DNA of 64,000 nt from Eledone cirrhosa (taxonomy: Eukaryota). The position numbers and the translations under genes were made by a program. Below the pieces are notes generated by a model, which searched no databases, was not told the DNA's origin, and saw only the letters and a list, made by a program, of their open reading frames with translations. The stretch spans positions 252,650,001-252,714,000 of the forward strand of contig OZ024740.1 of the NCBI GenBank assembly GCA_964016885.1, in the 5' to 3' direction. Positions 1 to 11,759 of the stretch are shown piece by piece (within the stretch, counting starts at the first letter, position 1; the number at the start of each line of letters is the position of its first letter).

Positions 1-217
<217 letters not shown>

Positions 218-367
218 AACTTTGAATAACTTTGAAATGTTTTGACCAGTATTGGCTCAGGCCATGTCTAACATAATAGCACCACCTGGCGAAGTCTTTC
301 AATTCAGGATTTGGGCACCATGGCGTATGTATGTATGTATGTATGTATGTATGTATGTGTGTGTGTG

Positions 368-399
<32 letters not shown>

Positions 400-417
400 T
401 ATATGTATGTATGTATG

Positions 418-450
<33 letters not shown>

Positions 451-505
451 GTATGTATGTATATATGTATGTATGTATGTATACATATATATATATATAT
501 ATATA

Positions 506-743
506 TGTAGCGGCGATGAATTAGTTTTGCGAGGTTTTTTATATGAAATCGTGTGTCGAAATATTGTATCTGTATTATTTTTGACCGCCGGTCAGTCAAT
601 GGCAACATTGAGGACCGAGTAAGCTAGATCGCAGATATATATATATAAAAGACAGCGAGAAGCGAAAACCAACCAAACAGTGAGTGTGTTCTGTTATTAA
701 TTCTGGCAATATTACGCAAATATGACCCTCCCCAAATATAACA
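506..743 (+). mobile_element. Possible solo LTR in (TA)n
   Basis: Unique 238-bp island with TGT...ACA termini and internal TATATAAAAG; TSD uninformative inside TA repeat. Confidence 0.4.
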
Positions 744-840
744 ATATATATATGTATATATATATATATGTATGTATATGTATATATATATATGTATGTA
801 TATATATATATATATGTATGTATATATATATGTATGTATG

Positions 841-945
<105 letters not shown>

Positions 946-956
946 GTATATATATG

Positions 957-991
<35 letters not shown>

Positions 992-996
992 GTATG

Positions 997-1045
<49 letters not shown>

Positions 1046-1067
1046 GTATGTATATATATATACATAC

Positions 1068-2678
1068 ATTAGCTTTCGTCGACTTGGAGAAAGCCTTCGA
1101 CAGAGTCCCCCGTTCCATTATCTGGTGGTCTCTTAGAAAACTAGGTGTTGACGAATGGCTTGTGAGAGCTATACAAGCCATGTATAAAGAAACAGTCAGT
1201 AACGTTAGAATTAACAACGAATATAGTGAAGAGTTTAGCGTAAAAGTTGGTGTCCATCAGGGCTCTGTTCTTAGCCCCCTACTATTTATTATTGCCCTTC
1301 AGGCTATAACAGAGGAGTTCAAGACCGGCTGCCCATGGGAACTCCTATACGCAGATGATCTAACGCTCATAGCTGAATCAATGACCGAACTAGAGAAGAA
1401 ATTCCAAACATGGAAGCACGGCCTAGAATCAAAAGGCCTTAAAATTAACCTGGCTAAGACAAAAGTTCTAGTTTGTAGGAAAGAAAATATGGCGGCAGTC
1501 CCATCTGGGAAATGGCCATGCTCAGTGTGTAGGAAAGGCGTAGGTAGAAACTCCATTTTATGTCCCAAATGCAAAGTATGGGTGCATAAAAGATGTAGTG
1601 GGATCACAGGTAAGCTAACTAAGAACATAGATTTTACATGTGGCCGGTGCTCTGGTGCAATAAGTAGCAGCAAGTGCCCACAAAATACTAGCTCCTTCAA
1701 CTGCGCAGAGGGTTCTATAGAAATAGTGGACAGCTTCCATTACCTGGGTGACAAAATCAGCAGTGGGGGAGGGTGCTCTGTAAGTACAGTAGCTAGAGTC
1801 AGAACTGGATGGAAAACGTTCAGAGAGCTTATACCACTATTAGCCGCTAGAGGGTTCTCCCTAAAAATGAAAGGCAGGTTATACGATGCCTGCATACGAA
1901 CAGCAATGCTGCATGGCAGTGAGACCTGGGCATTGTGTGCAGAGGATATACGCAGACTAGAGAGGAACGAAGCTTGCATGCTCCGCTGGATGTGCAATAG
2001 TAATATACGTGAACGGCAAAGCATAAACGAACTAAGGAAAAAATTAGAAATAAGAGGGATCAGATGTTGTTTACTCGAGAGAAGGCTACGTTGGTACGGT
2101 CACGTGATGCGCATGAAAGACGACAGCTGTATAACAAAGTGCAGGGCAATAAAGATAGACGGTAGCCACGGAGTAGGCAGACCCAGAAAAACATGGGACG
2201 AGCTGATAAATTCCGACCTCACACGCTTACACCTCTCCAAGACAATGTCACTGGACCGAGACCTTTGGCGGTACTCAGTAATAGAGAAGACCCGCCTTAC
2301 CTAAATACAAAGTAAAAACCTACTACAGTCAGTAGGCATCTCTATCAAAAACACCCCCCCGTCCCAGCACCTCCACCCCATCCACACCGCCCCTTTCAAT
2401 GTACAGTTATGTTGGTCCCACAACATCCAGGCCGAAACAAATGAGATCGTGTAGGTGTCACGACAAAAAAACACACAGTCCACGCTGTAAATGTGGCCGT
2501 GTAGGCAACACGGTAAAAACCTCCCAGCCCCACACTGTAAATGTGGTTGGTGTTAGGAAGGGCATCCAACTGTAGAAAACCCGCCAGACAGTCCTATGCG
2601 AGCAAGAGAACCACTCTTGCCTCAAGTGGGAAAACCCCCGTCCAAACCCATGCAAGCGTGGAACACGGACGCTAAACC

Positions 2679-2709
<31 letters not shown>
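1068..2709 (+). mobile_element. 5'-truncated RTE-type LINE (subfamily A), RT C-terminal half, 3'UTR, (GAT)n tail
   Basis: [36 protein letters not shown] motifs in frame to stop at 2304. Confidence 0.93.
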
Positions 2710-2750
2710 ATATATGTATATATATATATGTATGTATATATACATATATG

Positions 2751-2874
<124 letters not shown>

Positions 2875-2884
2875 TATATCTATG

Positions 2885-2943
<59 letters not shown>

Positions 2944-2982
2944 CTATGTATATATATATATCTATGTATATATATATATATC

Positions 2983-3035
<53 letters not shown>

Positions 3036-3103
3036 ATATATATATCTATGTATATAGATATATATATATATATATATATACATATATATGTATATATATA
3101 TAT

Positions 3104-3973
3104 GTGACCGAATTAGCAACGGAGGTGGGTGCTCAGAAAGTACAATAACTAGGGTAAGAACGGGATGGAAGAAGTTTAGGGAACTACTACCACTGCTAGC
3201 TGCAAAAGGCTTCTCCCTCAGAATGAAAGGCAGACTGTATGATGCGTGTATCCGAACAGCGATGTTGCATGGTAGTGAGACCTGGGCGCTGAAGGTGGAA
3301 GACTTACGTAGATTAGAGAGAAACGAAGCCTGCATGCTCCGATGGATGTGTAACAGTAATATACGCGAACGACAAAGCATAAATGAATTGAGAGAGAGAC
3401 TGAGCATAAGAGGAATCAAATGCTGCGTGCAGGAGAGGCGGTTACGCTGGTATGGACATGTGATGCGTATGAAGGATGACAGCTGCATAAAAAGGTGCAG
3501 AGCACTAGAAGTTGATGGAAACCGCGGAGTGGGGAGACCCAAGATGACTTGGGATGAGGTGATAAAAGCCGACCTTACCCAACTACACCTCTCAAAGTCA
3601 ATGACACACGACCGTGACTTCTGGCGTCACGCAGTAATACAGGGTACCCGACCTCCCATGGGTACATGCTGAAGCATATAAACAATATGCCCCCCCCCCC
3701 CACCCACCGCAAGGTGGTCGTGGAGGTGCCACGGCAAAAAAAGCACCCAGCCCACACTGTAAAGTGGACGTGTAGGCGCCACGAAAAAGCACCCAGCACT
3801 CACTGTAAATGAGGTTGGTGTTAGGAAGGGCATCCAGCTGTAGAAATCAAGCCAGATCAGTTCCTGTATGAGCAAGGCATGGTCAGCCGACCAGACACTG
3901 CCCACAACAGGACAACCCGTCTAACCCATGCTAGCGTGGAAGAACGGACGTAAAACGGTGATGATGATGATGA

Positions 3974-3977
<4 letters not shown>
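3104..3977 (+). mobile_element. RTE-type LINE 3' fragment (subfamily B)
   Basis: MLHGSETW...RRLRWYGHV, stop 3672, 3'UTR with GGTGTTAGGAAGGGCATCC, (GAT)n tail. Confidence 0.92.
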
Positions 3978-4017
<40 letters not shown>

Positions 4018-4056
4018 ATATATATATATATATGTATGTATATATATAAATATATA

Positions 4057-4526
4057 TCATCATCATAATCATCATTTTACGTCCGCTTATCGCTGCTTGC
4101 AAGGGTGGGACGGGTCTTATTCAGCACAGCATCTCTCCACTCCTCACGGTCCCTCGTCATCTCCACCGTGAGCTTCAATGATCTGAGGTCTGTTCTCACC
4201 ACCTCCGCCCATGTTTTTCGTGGTCTACGTCTACCACGTCTTCCTTCAACTGGCATTTCCTGGCACTTCTTCACCCATCGGTCATCCTCCATGCGCATCA
4301 CATGTCCATACCACCTCAGTCTCCTCTCCCGTACACTACATTCTATCCCTCTCAGACACAGTTTCTCTCTCAACACATTTATGCTGGGTCGTTCACGCAC
4401 ATTTACACTGCACATCCAACGGAGCATGCTTGCCTCATTTCTCTCCAGCCGTCGCATATCCTCTGCAGTTGCTGCCCATGTCTCACTACCATGCAGCATC
4501 GCGCTCCTCACACAGGCATCATACAA
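4057..4526 (-). mobile_element. RTE-type LINE 3' fragment (subfamily C)
   Basis: [17 protein letters not shown]; ORF stop lies directly before the (GAT)n tail. Confidence 0.9.
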
Positions 4527-4539
4527 CATATATATGTAT

Positions 4540-4578
<39 letters not shown>

Positions 4579-4586
4579 AATGTATG

Positions 4587-4622
<36 letters not shown>

Positions 4623-4649
4623 AATGTATGTATGTATATATATACATAT

Positions 4650-6214
4650 TAAACAGTCAAATTCTCTTACTCAACAACCAAAAATATACAACATAATATA
4701 AGTGCCTATAATGCATATAAATGTAAAAAAACCATAAATATACCACCAATACATCAAACTAACCATGATATTAAAATAAACCACAGCAAACCACCATCTC
4801 ATTCACATACAACAAGTCGAGAAAATTCTACACCTAATTTGACTATCTCCTCTGATACAACATTCACGAAAGGTTGTAACTGTAGAAACAAAGCAAATTG
4901 CCCATTAAAAGGAAATTGCCTTATTAATAACATAGTATATAATTGTAAAATTAGCACTAAGGACTCAACTTATTCATATATAGGAGCTACTTCTAACCAA
5001 TTTAAAGTAAGATTTAATACCCACAAACACAGTTTTTAAAATGCCGCATTAGCTAATACAACATCCTTAGCTGAAATAATTAATAATTATAGAAAAAAGA
5101 ATATCGATTATAACCTGACCTGGAGTGTGCTCAAAAGGGCCACACCTTATCAAAATAATAGATACGAATGTAGATTATGTTCCCAGGAACTCTTTGAAAT
5201 AATGAAATCTAAGGATATCCTATTAAATAAGCGACAAGATTTAATTATATCATGCAATCATAGAATTAGAAAAACTTTCAAATATTATAAACCTAATTAA
5301 TATACACTTATATTTTACAAATTATTATAATAAAAAATTTTTTTTAAATTAGTTAACTTATAATTAATATTCTACTACTAACTGCATAATTTTATTTCCC
5401 TTTTAGAGCTCTCTTTTCCTAAAATGTATACCAATAAGTATACATATAAACTATTTTAATTTCCTGTTATGAATCTATATTCCTTGTAATCTATATAAGT
5501 TTGTTATTTCTCAATAATACATTTATCCCCCCCCCCCCAAAAAAAAAAAATGTTTCCTTCGTTTTTAATAACATTCTTTAATAACATATAACTCTTATTT
5601 ATCATATCTATATGAATTAATATAAATTTATCCCTATAAATATACCTATCAATTAAATTAATTTAATTTCTTTTTATAGATCTAAATTCCTTATGTTTTA
5701 AATAAGATTGATATTTTTCACTAACACATTTATCGTAAAATTTTATTCTCCTTAGATTTTAACATTAGCATTATTCTTTAATAACATCAATTTTTCCTGT
5801 ACCTTTCACTGGCTTGACCTATTTTCATCCCCAAAGTAATCTTTTCATTCAAAATACTCTTTCGATTCAAAACTGAAGTCTGCATTCTTCTACCTCTAAA
5901 TTAAATTTCTACTACTACTATTCTATCAACTTGACCACTTACTACATTTCTATTGGTCAATTCAAAACCTGTTCCAAACAGACCTATTATATTAAATCTT
6001 TGTTTTTTTCAATAAACAAATATCATTATTTCTGAAGATAGCATATATATGTATAGGTATGTATATTCCCTCTGATAGTTTGTAAAACTTTTACATAGAT
6101 CTATATGATATACATACCAACACACACATATATATCCTAGAAACGATCGTAAAATGATGAATTTTTTAATATAAGGAACTGTTTCTTTGTTTTTATTCAT
6201 AATTTTTATTAATT

Positions 6215-6215
<1 letters not shown>
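4650..6215 (+). mobile_element. Penelope-like element 3' fragment: decayed GIY-YIG plus pLTR
   Basis: CNCRNKANCPLKGNC, IVYNC, YIGAT; homologous to the 3' part of 56450-60085; HHR near end. Confidence 0.9.
6024..6159 (+). ncRNA. Type I hammerhead ribozyme with giant stem II
   Basis: cattattt-CTGAAGA-[101-nt hairpin]-GAAA-C GATC G-TA-aaatgatg; 8-bp stem I. Confidence 0.85.
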
Positions 6216-6757
<542 letters not shown>

Positions 6758-7560
6758 GTATTGAAGTTTCCGTTGAAAATTGAAAAAGTCATAGGAGTGA
6801 AGAGTGCTCTATGTAAGTACCAGAGCAAAATTTAATGTATAATAAACAATACAATATAATTACCTCATTACCAGAGGTTTCCCGAATAAGACGAATACGA
6901 ATAAAACGTCCTCATTCGTTCGTCGGACAAGGTAATATAAAACATAGTGAAATATTTGGAAAGTCTCCTCAAGAAATGCAAAAAATATATAAATAAAAGT
7001 AATGCAAGAGATATATAAAAAAATATATAAAAAATATAAGGAAATATAGTTGGGTATGTGTATATGTATGTATATACACTCACAAATGTACATATGTGTG
7101 TATGTACAAATGCATGTGTATGGTGAAAATGTGTGCGTAAGTACATATATGAGGGGAAGTATAATATGAGTTGAAAGAGAAAATGATAATATAGTTGACA
7201 CGCATCCAGATACAGGTATTAAATACACATACGAGTATGAAAGCACACGTATAAACGCGCGCGCGCGCGGTCACCTATATGCTGAAGATAAAGAGGGAAG
7301 GGAGTGTAATAGTAAAAAGAAGTGTCATTCTCGATATATGTATAAAAATGAAAATGAAGCAGTATATGAGAATGAAAAAAAAAATGTTTAAATGAAAGAG
7401 AAAGTAATCAATTAACACTAGAGAAAAGGAAACAAACATAGGTATGCACGTACATACACAGATATCTATAAAAAACATATATCTATAAAAAAAATATTTC
7501 TACATTCAAATACGTACAGACAAAAGCGCATGCATGCGTACATACATACACACGAGGCAC
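6758..7560 (-). mobile_element. Orphan PLE pLTR/UTR fragment without ORF
   Basis: Contains HHR and the downstream TGCTCT/AGAGCA hairpin seen in other PLE leaders. Confidence 0.6.
6860..6935 (-). ncRNA. Type I hammerhead ribozyme, U4C core
   Basis: ttaccttgt-CCGACGA-stem II cgaatgag/cttattcg-GAAA-CC TCT GG-TA-atgaggtaa. Confidence 0.85.
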
Positions 7561-7640
7561 GTATATATATATATATATATATATATACGTGGGAAAGTAA
7601 AAATCGGAGAATAGACCGTTAAAACATGTTTATTTAAAAT

Positions 7641-7682
7641 ATCACCTACGTACGTTTCGCCCAGTTGGGCTTCTCAAGGGCA
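7641..7682 (-). ncRNA. Minimal hammerhead ribozyme, U3:A8 core
   Basis: Reverse complement of 11491-11532. Confidence 0.8.
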
Positions 7683-7978
7683 TAAATAATCACAAGTGTT
7701 CCTTATATAGTTCGGAAAGAGTTTTGGGGGTTAAATCTACATCAAGATTCATTGCTCGCAAAAATATCTTGTTTTGATTTTGCAGCAGGTCAAGGGAGGT
7801 AACTCTGGCCGGTGTTAGGGCAGTCTTTCCCGGATAATTTTTTTTTTTTTTTTTTTTTTGCCGCATCCGTTTGTCTGAGGCTGGGTCTGGTATGCAAGGA
7901 TTGTTTTCTGGGTGTTATTTTGCTGCGCCTGCCCGCCGGGGTGTTAAGACTTGTTGCAGGGAGATCCAGTGTACTATT

Positions 7979-10711
7979 TCACTCTTCATTCTTAACCCAT
8001 CTAAAGAAGGATATTTTTAAGCGATGTGTACAACTTATCGCTGTTTCAGCTCTGCTGTTGATGAGCTCGTGGGGTGCAGTTATGATGTGGTAGAGCTCCA
8101 TGAGGCAAAGATCGCATTTCCTCTTGAAGTTGTACGGTGCAGCCCGGCCGACAATCTCCCAGTGCGTGGAGAAGCTGATGTTTAAGTCCTTTAGTGATGT
8201 GATGTAGTCCGCGAGCGAAGTGGAGTGCCTTAGTTTTCTATTTGTGAAAGAGTGGAGATGTGTTCGAAACCTAATTTTGAACGGGCCGGAGGTGGCCCCT
8301 ATATAATGTTTAACGCTATTGTGGCTAGTAATAGTGCATCTATATATAACCCTATCAGTCAAGCAGTATCCTCTAAGGGGGCAGCGTCCTCTGTCGCGGC
8401 AGTTGCAATTTCTGTGGCGGTTCCGCCTATTTCCCACGGTAAGGCTATCATTGTTGCTGCCTACGTTGTTACCTACGCTACCGCAGCTGTCGTTAGTACA
8501 ATTACAACCCACAGCACGCGGGATGGTGCGATTGTTATTCCACACGTCATGTTCTGCATGTTCCCCAGTCACTTCGCGGTCATTCTGGTTGCGTCTGCGG
8601 ATGCCGTTGCCAACACTATTGGATGCTGTCAGGGAATTGTTAAGGCCGATATAGTTATTGTCTGGTGTAGGTGCGTCTGTGTCGAGGTGCTGTGTCTTGG
8701 TGATCTTACTGTGGTTCGTTGTTCCTATGATGTCTGCTAGGTTAGGAGTAGTAGAGAAGGATATTTTTATATTGTTCCTATTAAGAATTTTTCTATACCT
8801 ATGGTTGGGTGGGAAGTTCTTCTCTAAGGCTTCGAAGAGTATCCGGGGTATGTTGGAGGCCACACTTCGAGAGTAGGGGGGGTGGAACCATAGGACGTTA
8901 CGGTGGCGATTACGTGTCCTTGTACTTTTGCTACGGGTGGTTCCATCTAAGTGACCGCTCTTATGTGTGTTAATGCGCTGTCGCCCGTTCGGTGCCCCTT
9001 TCATTTTATGCTCGGGTGCACTCTTTCTACCTCTTCCATGTTTATGTACACGAAGATGTTGGTTGGAAGGCGTTGGTAGTAGGCCGTCGCCTTTGTTGGT
9101 TTTGTAATAGGGGAATAGTTTGAGTAATCTACAGTATTCACCGTCGCCGGGGACGTGATCTTTGGTGCGGTTATCTATTCTATTATATCCGACTTTAACG
9201 AGGTCGCCGCGTGATCGGTTATAGGTATGGCTTACTATAACGTTAGTTTTATGAGGGGGGTGGTTTCTAGAGCTAGCGTTAGGGATGTAGGAAATTCCTC
9301 GGTTAAAGCCGGTGCTTATCAGGACCCTATTGTAGTAATCAGCCGCTTGGTTGAAGATATCCTCATTGGCAGATAGCCTCGAGATTCTATGTGAGATGCT
9401 ATAGACTATGGAGTTGAGAGTCTGCTTAGGGTGGTTGGAGGCATAATTAATATAAGAGAGGCACTCTCCAGGCTTATGGTATGGCTTGTATAAGCCCGTA
9501 CTCAACTCCAGGGTCACGTCCAGGAAGTTGACAACCCTGTGGTTGAGGTCCATAGTTACGGATAGGCCGTATGACTTAAAGAACCTGTGTATATGTTTGT
9601 TAAGGTTCTCTATCCTACGGGGGCTATGGTTCCTAACGGTAAACAGGGCGTCGTCCCTATATACACCTCCTTGTAGGGCCGGTATTTCTTCCCTAAGCTT
9701 ATGCAGGAGGTATATCCCAACCCGGTCAGTTGCTTGCGCTGAGTCACTGGACCCCATCGTGACATCGAAGTTATCAGGACGGTTGGTTCTGGTCCAGTGG
9801 GAGCCTTCAAACTGGATAATGGTTCTACATGCCGCTAGAATTATGTCTATTTCTTTTTTAGTGAGGCTAGTGTTAGATCTAGCTAAGATAAGTGCCTTAT
9901 TTAAGAGTATGGGGGAGATAGAGGCGTAGTAGCTATCTATATCAAACTGGATGAATTTCAGGGTGGCTTTATCCGGCAACTCGGTGAACCAATTTATGAC
10001 CTGGTCGGTGTTGCCCCAGAGGCAGACCTTAGCCTTTCTATTAAGCTCGAGTAGTACTCTGTCGAGGATCACTTTACTAATCTTACCTATATCTGATGTA
10101 GAGGGGCATATTAGTCTAATAGAGGGGCTTTCATTAAAGTCATATTTGTGATCCTTAAGAGAGAATTTAGGCGTCAGAGGGATGTACGGGTTAGTGTACT
10201 TTTCTATTTCTAAGCTGGTGACTATATCCTTCCCTACTCTATTTATGTCATTTAGGGTACTAGAGGGTGTCTTTTTGTAGTCTTTGTGTAGTTCCTTATA
10301 GATGAATTTTTTATACTCACTCGCGTCCATCTTGTACAGCTTTTTGGTTCTGTCGGAGGTGACGAAGAGGTGCGGGTCATTCTTGATCTTAGTTATTAGT
10401 GTATCAAGGGACGTTAAGAATGGATTGCTGCATTGGTGTTTCTTTCTGAGCTTAATGTTTTTGATCATTTTCAGCAGGTCCTCTTCAAATAAGTCCAGTA
10501 AGGTGTTGTGCGGTGGGTTTCGGAATGTTTTGAAACCATACTTCTCTTTGGGTTCAGGAAGGTTACGGGTGTTCTTATCCAGGTGGTATGCCTTCCATCT
10601 GACTCTCCGTATAAACGAATTAGTAGCGTCTATAAGCAGTTTAAGGTAGGTTTTTCTGCTGGGTAAGGGGATACACTTGAGAGACATGGGTAACGGTTGG
10701 TTCTCCAACAT
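7979..10711 (-). CDS. PLE reverse transcriptase / GIY-YIG endonuclease, 910 aa
   Basis: SLKCIP..RVRWKA N-terminus, SDRT, QFDIDSYY, MGSSDS, YRDD, NFLDV, CNCx5CPL, VIYRC..YIGAT. Confidence 0.95.
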   Translation of the reverse strand: MLENQPLPMSLKCIPLPSRKTYLKLLIDATNSFIRRVRWKAYHLDKNTRNLPEPKEKYGFKTFRNPPHNTLLDLFEEDLLKMIKNIKLRKKHQCSNPFLTSLDTLITKIKNDPHLFVTSDRTKKLYKMDASEYKKFIYKELHKDYKKTPSSTLNDINRVGKDIVTSLEIEKYTNPYIPLTPKFSLKDHKYDFNESPSIRLICPSTSDIGKISKVILDRVLLELNRKAKVCLWGNTDQVINWFTELPDKATLKFIQFDIDSYYASISPILLNKALILARSNTSLTKKEIDIILAACRTIIQFEGSHWTRTNRPDNFDVTMGSSDSAQATDRVGIYLLHKLREEIPALQGGVYRDDALFTVRNHSPRRIENLNKHIHRFFKSYGLSVTMDLNHRVVNFLDVTLELSTGLYKPYHKPGECLSYINYASNHPKQTLNSIVYSISHRISRLSANEDIFNQAADYYNRVLISTGFNRGISYIPNASSRNHPPHKTNVIVSHTYNRSRGDLVKVGYNRIDNRTKDHVPGDGEYCRLLKLFPYYKTNKGDGLLPTPSNQHLRVHKHGRGRKSAPEHKMKGAPNGRQRINTHKSGHLDGTTRSKSTRTRNRHRNVLWFHPPYSRSVASNIPRILFEALEKNFPPNHRYRKILNRNNIKISFSTTPNLADIIGTTNHSKITKTQHLDTDAPTPDNNYIGLNNSLTASNSVGNGIRRRNQNDREVTGEHAEHDVWNNNRTIPRAVGCNCTNDSCGSVGNNVGSNNDSLTVGNRRNRHRNCNCRDRGRCPLRGYCLTDRVIYRCTITSHNSVKHYIGATSGPFKIRFRTHLHSFTNRKLRHSTSLADYITSLKDLNISFSTHWEIVGRAAPYNFKRKCDLCLMELYHIITAPHELINSRAETAISCTHRLKISFFRWVKNEE

Positions 10712-11463
10712 AATGGCAAATAAGGTGAGATGCTCTACAAAAGGAGCACGGTAATATAGTATTTACGTATCGAGAAAGAGAGAAAAAGGAGGGATAGGTG
10801 ATACATATAGTTATTTGCCTTAGTTTTCTATTTGTGAAAGAGTGGAGATGTGCTCGAAACCTAATTATAGGGGCCACCTCCGACCCGTTCAAAATTAGGT
10901 TTCGAACACATCTCCACTCTTTCACAAATAGAAAACTAAGGCACTCCACTTCGCTCGCGGACTACATCACATCACTAAAGGACTTAAACATCAGCTTCTC
11001 CACGCACTGGGAGATTGTCGGCCGGGCTGCACCGTACAACTTCAAGAGGAAATGCGATCTTTGCCTCATGGAGCTCTACCACATCATAACTGCACCCCAC
11101 GAGCTCATCAACAGCAGAGCTGAAACAGCGATAAGTTGTACACATCGCTTAAAAATATCCTTCTTTAGATGGGTTAAGAATGAAGAGTGAAATAGTACAC
11201 TGGATCTCCCTGCAATAAGTCTTAACACCCCGGCGGGCAGGCGCAGCAAAATAACACCCAGAAAACAATCCTTGCATACCAGACCCAGCCTCAGACAAAC
11301 GGATGTGGCAACAAAAAAAAAAAAAAAAAAAAAAATTATCCGGGAGAGACTGCCCTAACACCAGCCAGAGTTACCTCCCTTGACCTGCTGCAAAATCAAA
11401 ACAAGATATTTTTGCGAGCAATGAATCTTGATGTAGATTTAACCCCCAAAACTCTTTCCGAAC

Positions 11464-11471
11464 TATATAAG
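11464..11471 (+). promoter_or_regulatory. TATA-box-like motif in pLTR upstream of HHR (AATAAA at 11539-11544)
   Basis: TATATAAG ~25 nt before HHR; same order TATA-HHR at 17881. Confidence 0.5.
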
Positions 11472-11490
11472 GAACACTTGTGATTATTTA

Positions 11491-11532
11491 TGCCCTTGAG
11501 AAGCCCAACTGGGCGAAACGTACGTAGGTGAT
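11491..11532 (+). ncRNA. Minimal hammerhead ribozyme, U3:A8 core
   Basis: gccc-TTGAGAA-GCCC aact GGGC-GAAA-C GTAC G-TA-ggtg; stem I short. Confidence 0.8.
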
Positions 11533-11759
11533 ATTTTAAATAAACATGTTTTAACGGTCTATTCTCCGATTTTTACTTTCCCACGTGCTTACGCTCTGCT
11601 AACTCTCTAGCCCACTAAATATTAACACTTCGAATATTTAATACTGCCGGCACTAGTATCGAGCACCTTAGGCATACGCTACTTGGCAAATAACTATATG
11701 TATCACCTATCCCTCCTTTTTCTCTCTTTCTCGATACGTAAATACTATATATATATATA

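Larger units (their letters stand above)
7587..11748 (-). mobile_element. Full-length Penelope-like element (Naiad-like) with inverted pLTR arm
   Basis: Intact ORF; 7587-8302 and 10866-11586 are near-identical inverted repeats; flanked by (TA)n. Confidence 0.93.

Noticed and set aside
8252-10649. Antisense ORFs over PLE and LINE coding regions
   Set aside because: Shadow frames with no recognisable motifs
7979-10711. Selenoprotein-type Naiad (in-frame UGA plus SECIS)
   Set aside because: The intact ORF has no internal stop, and the zinc-motif cysteines I checked in other copies are TGT/TGC
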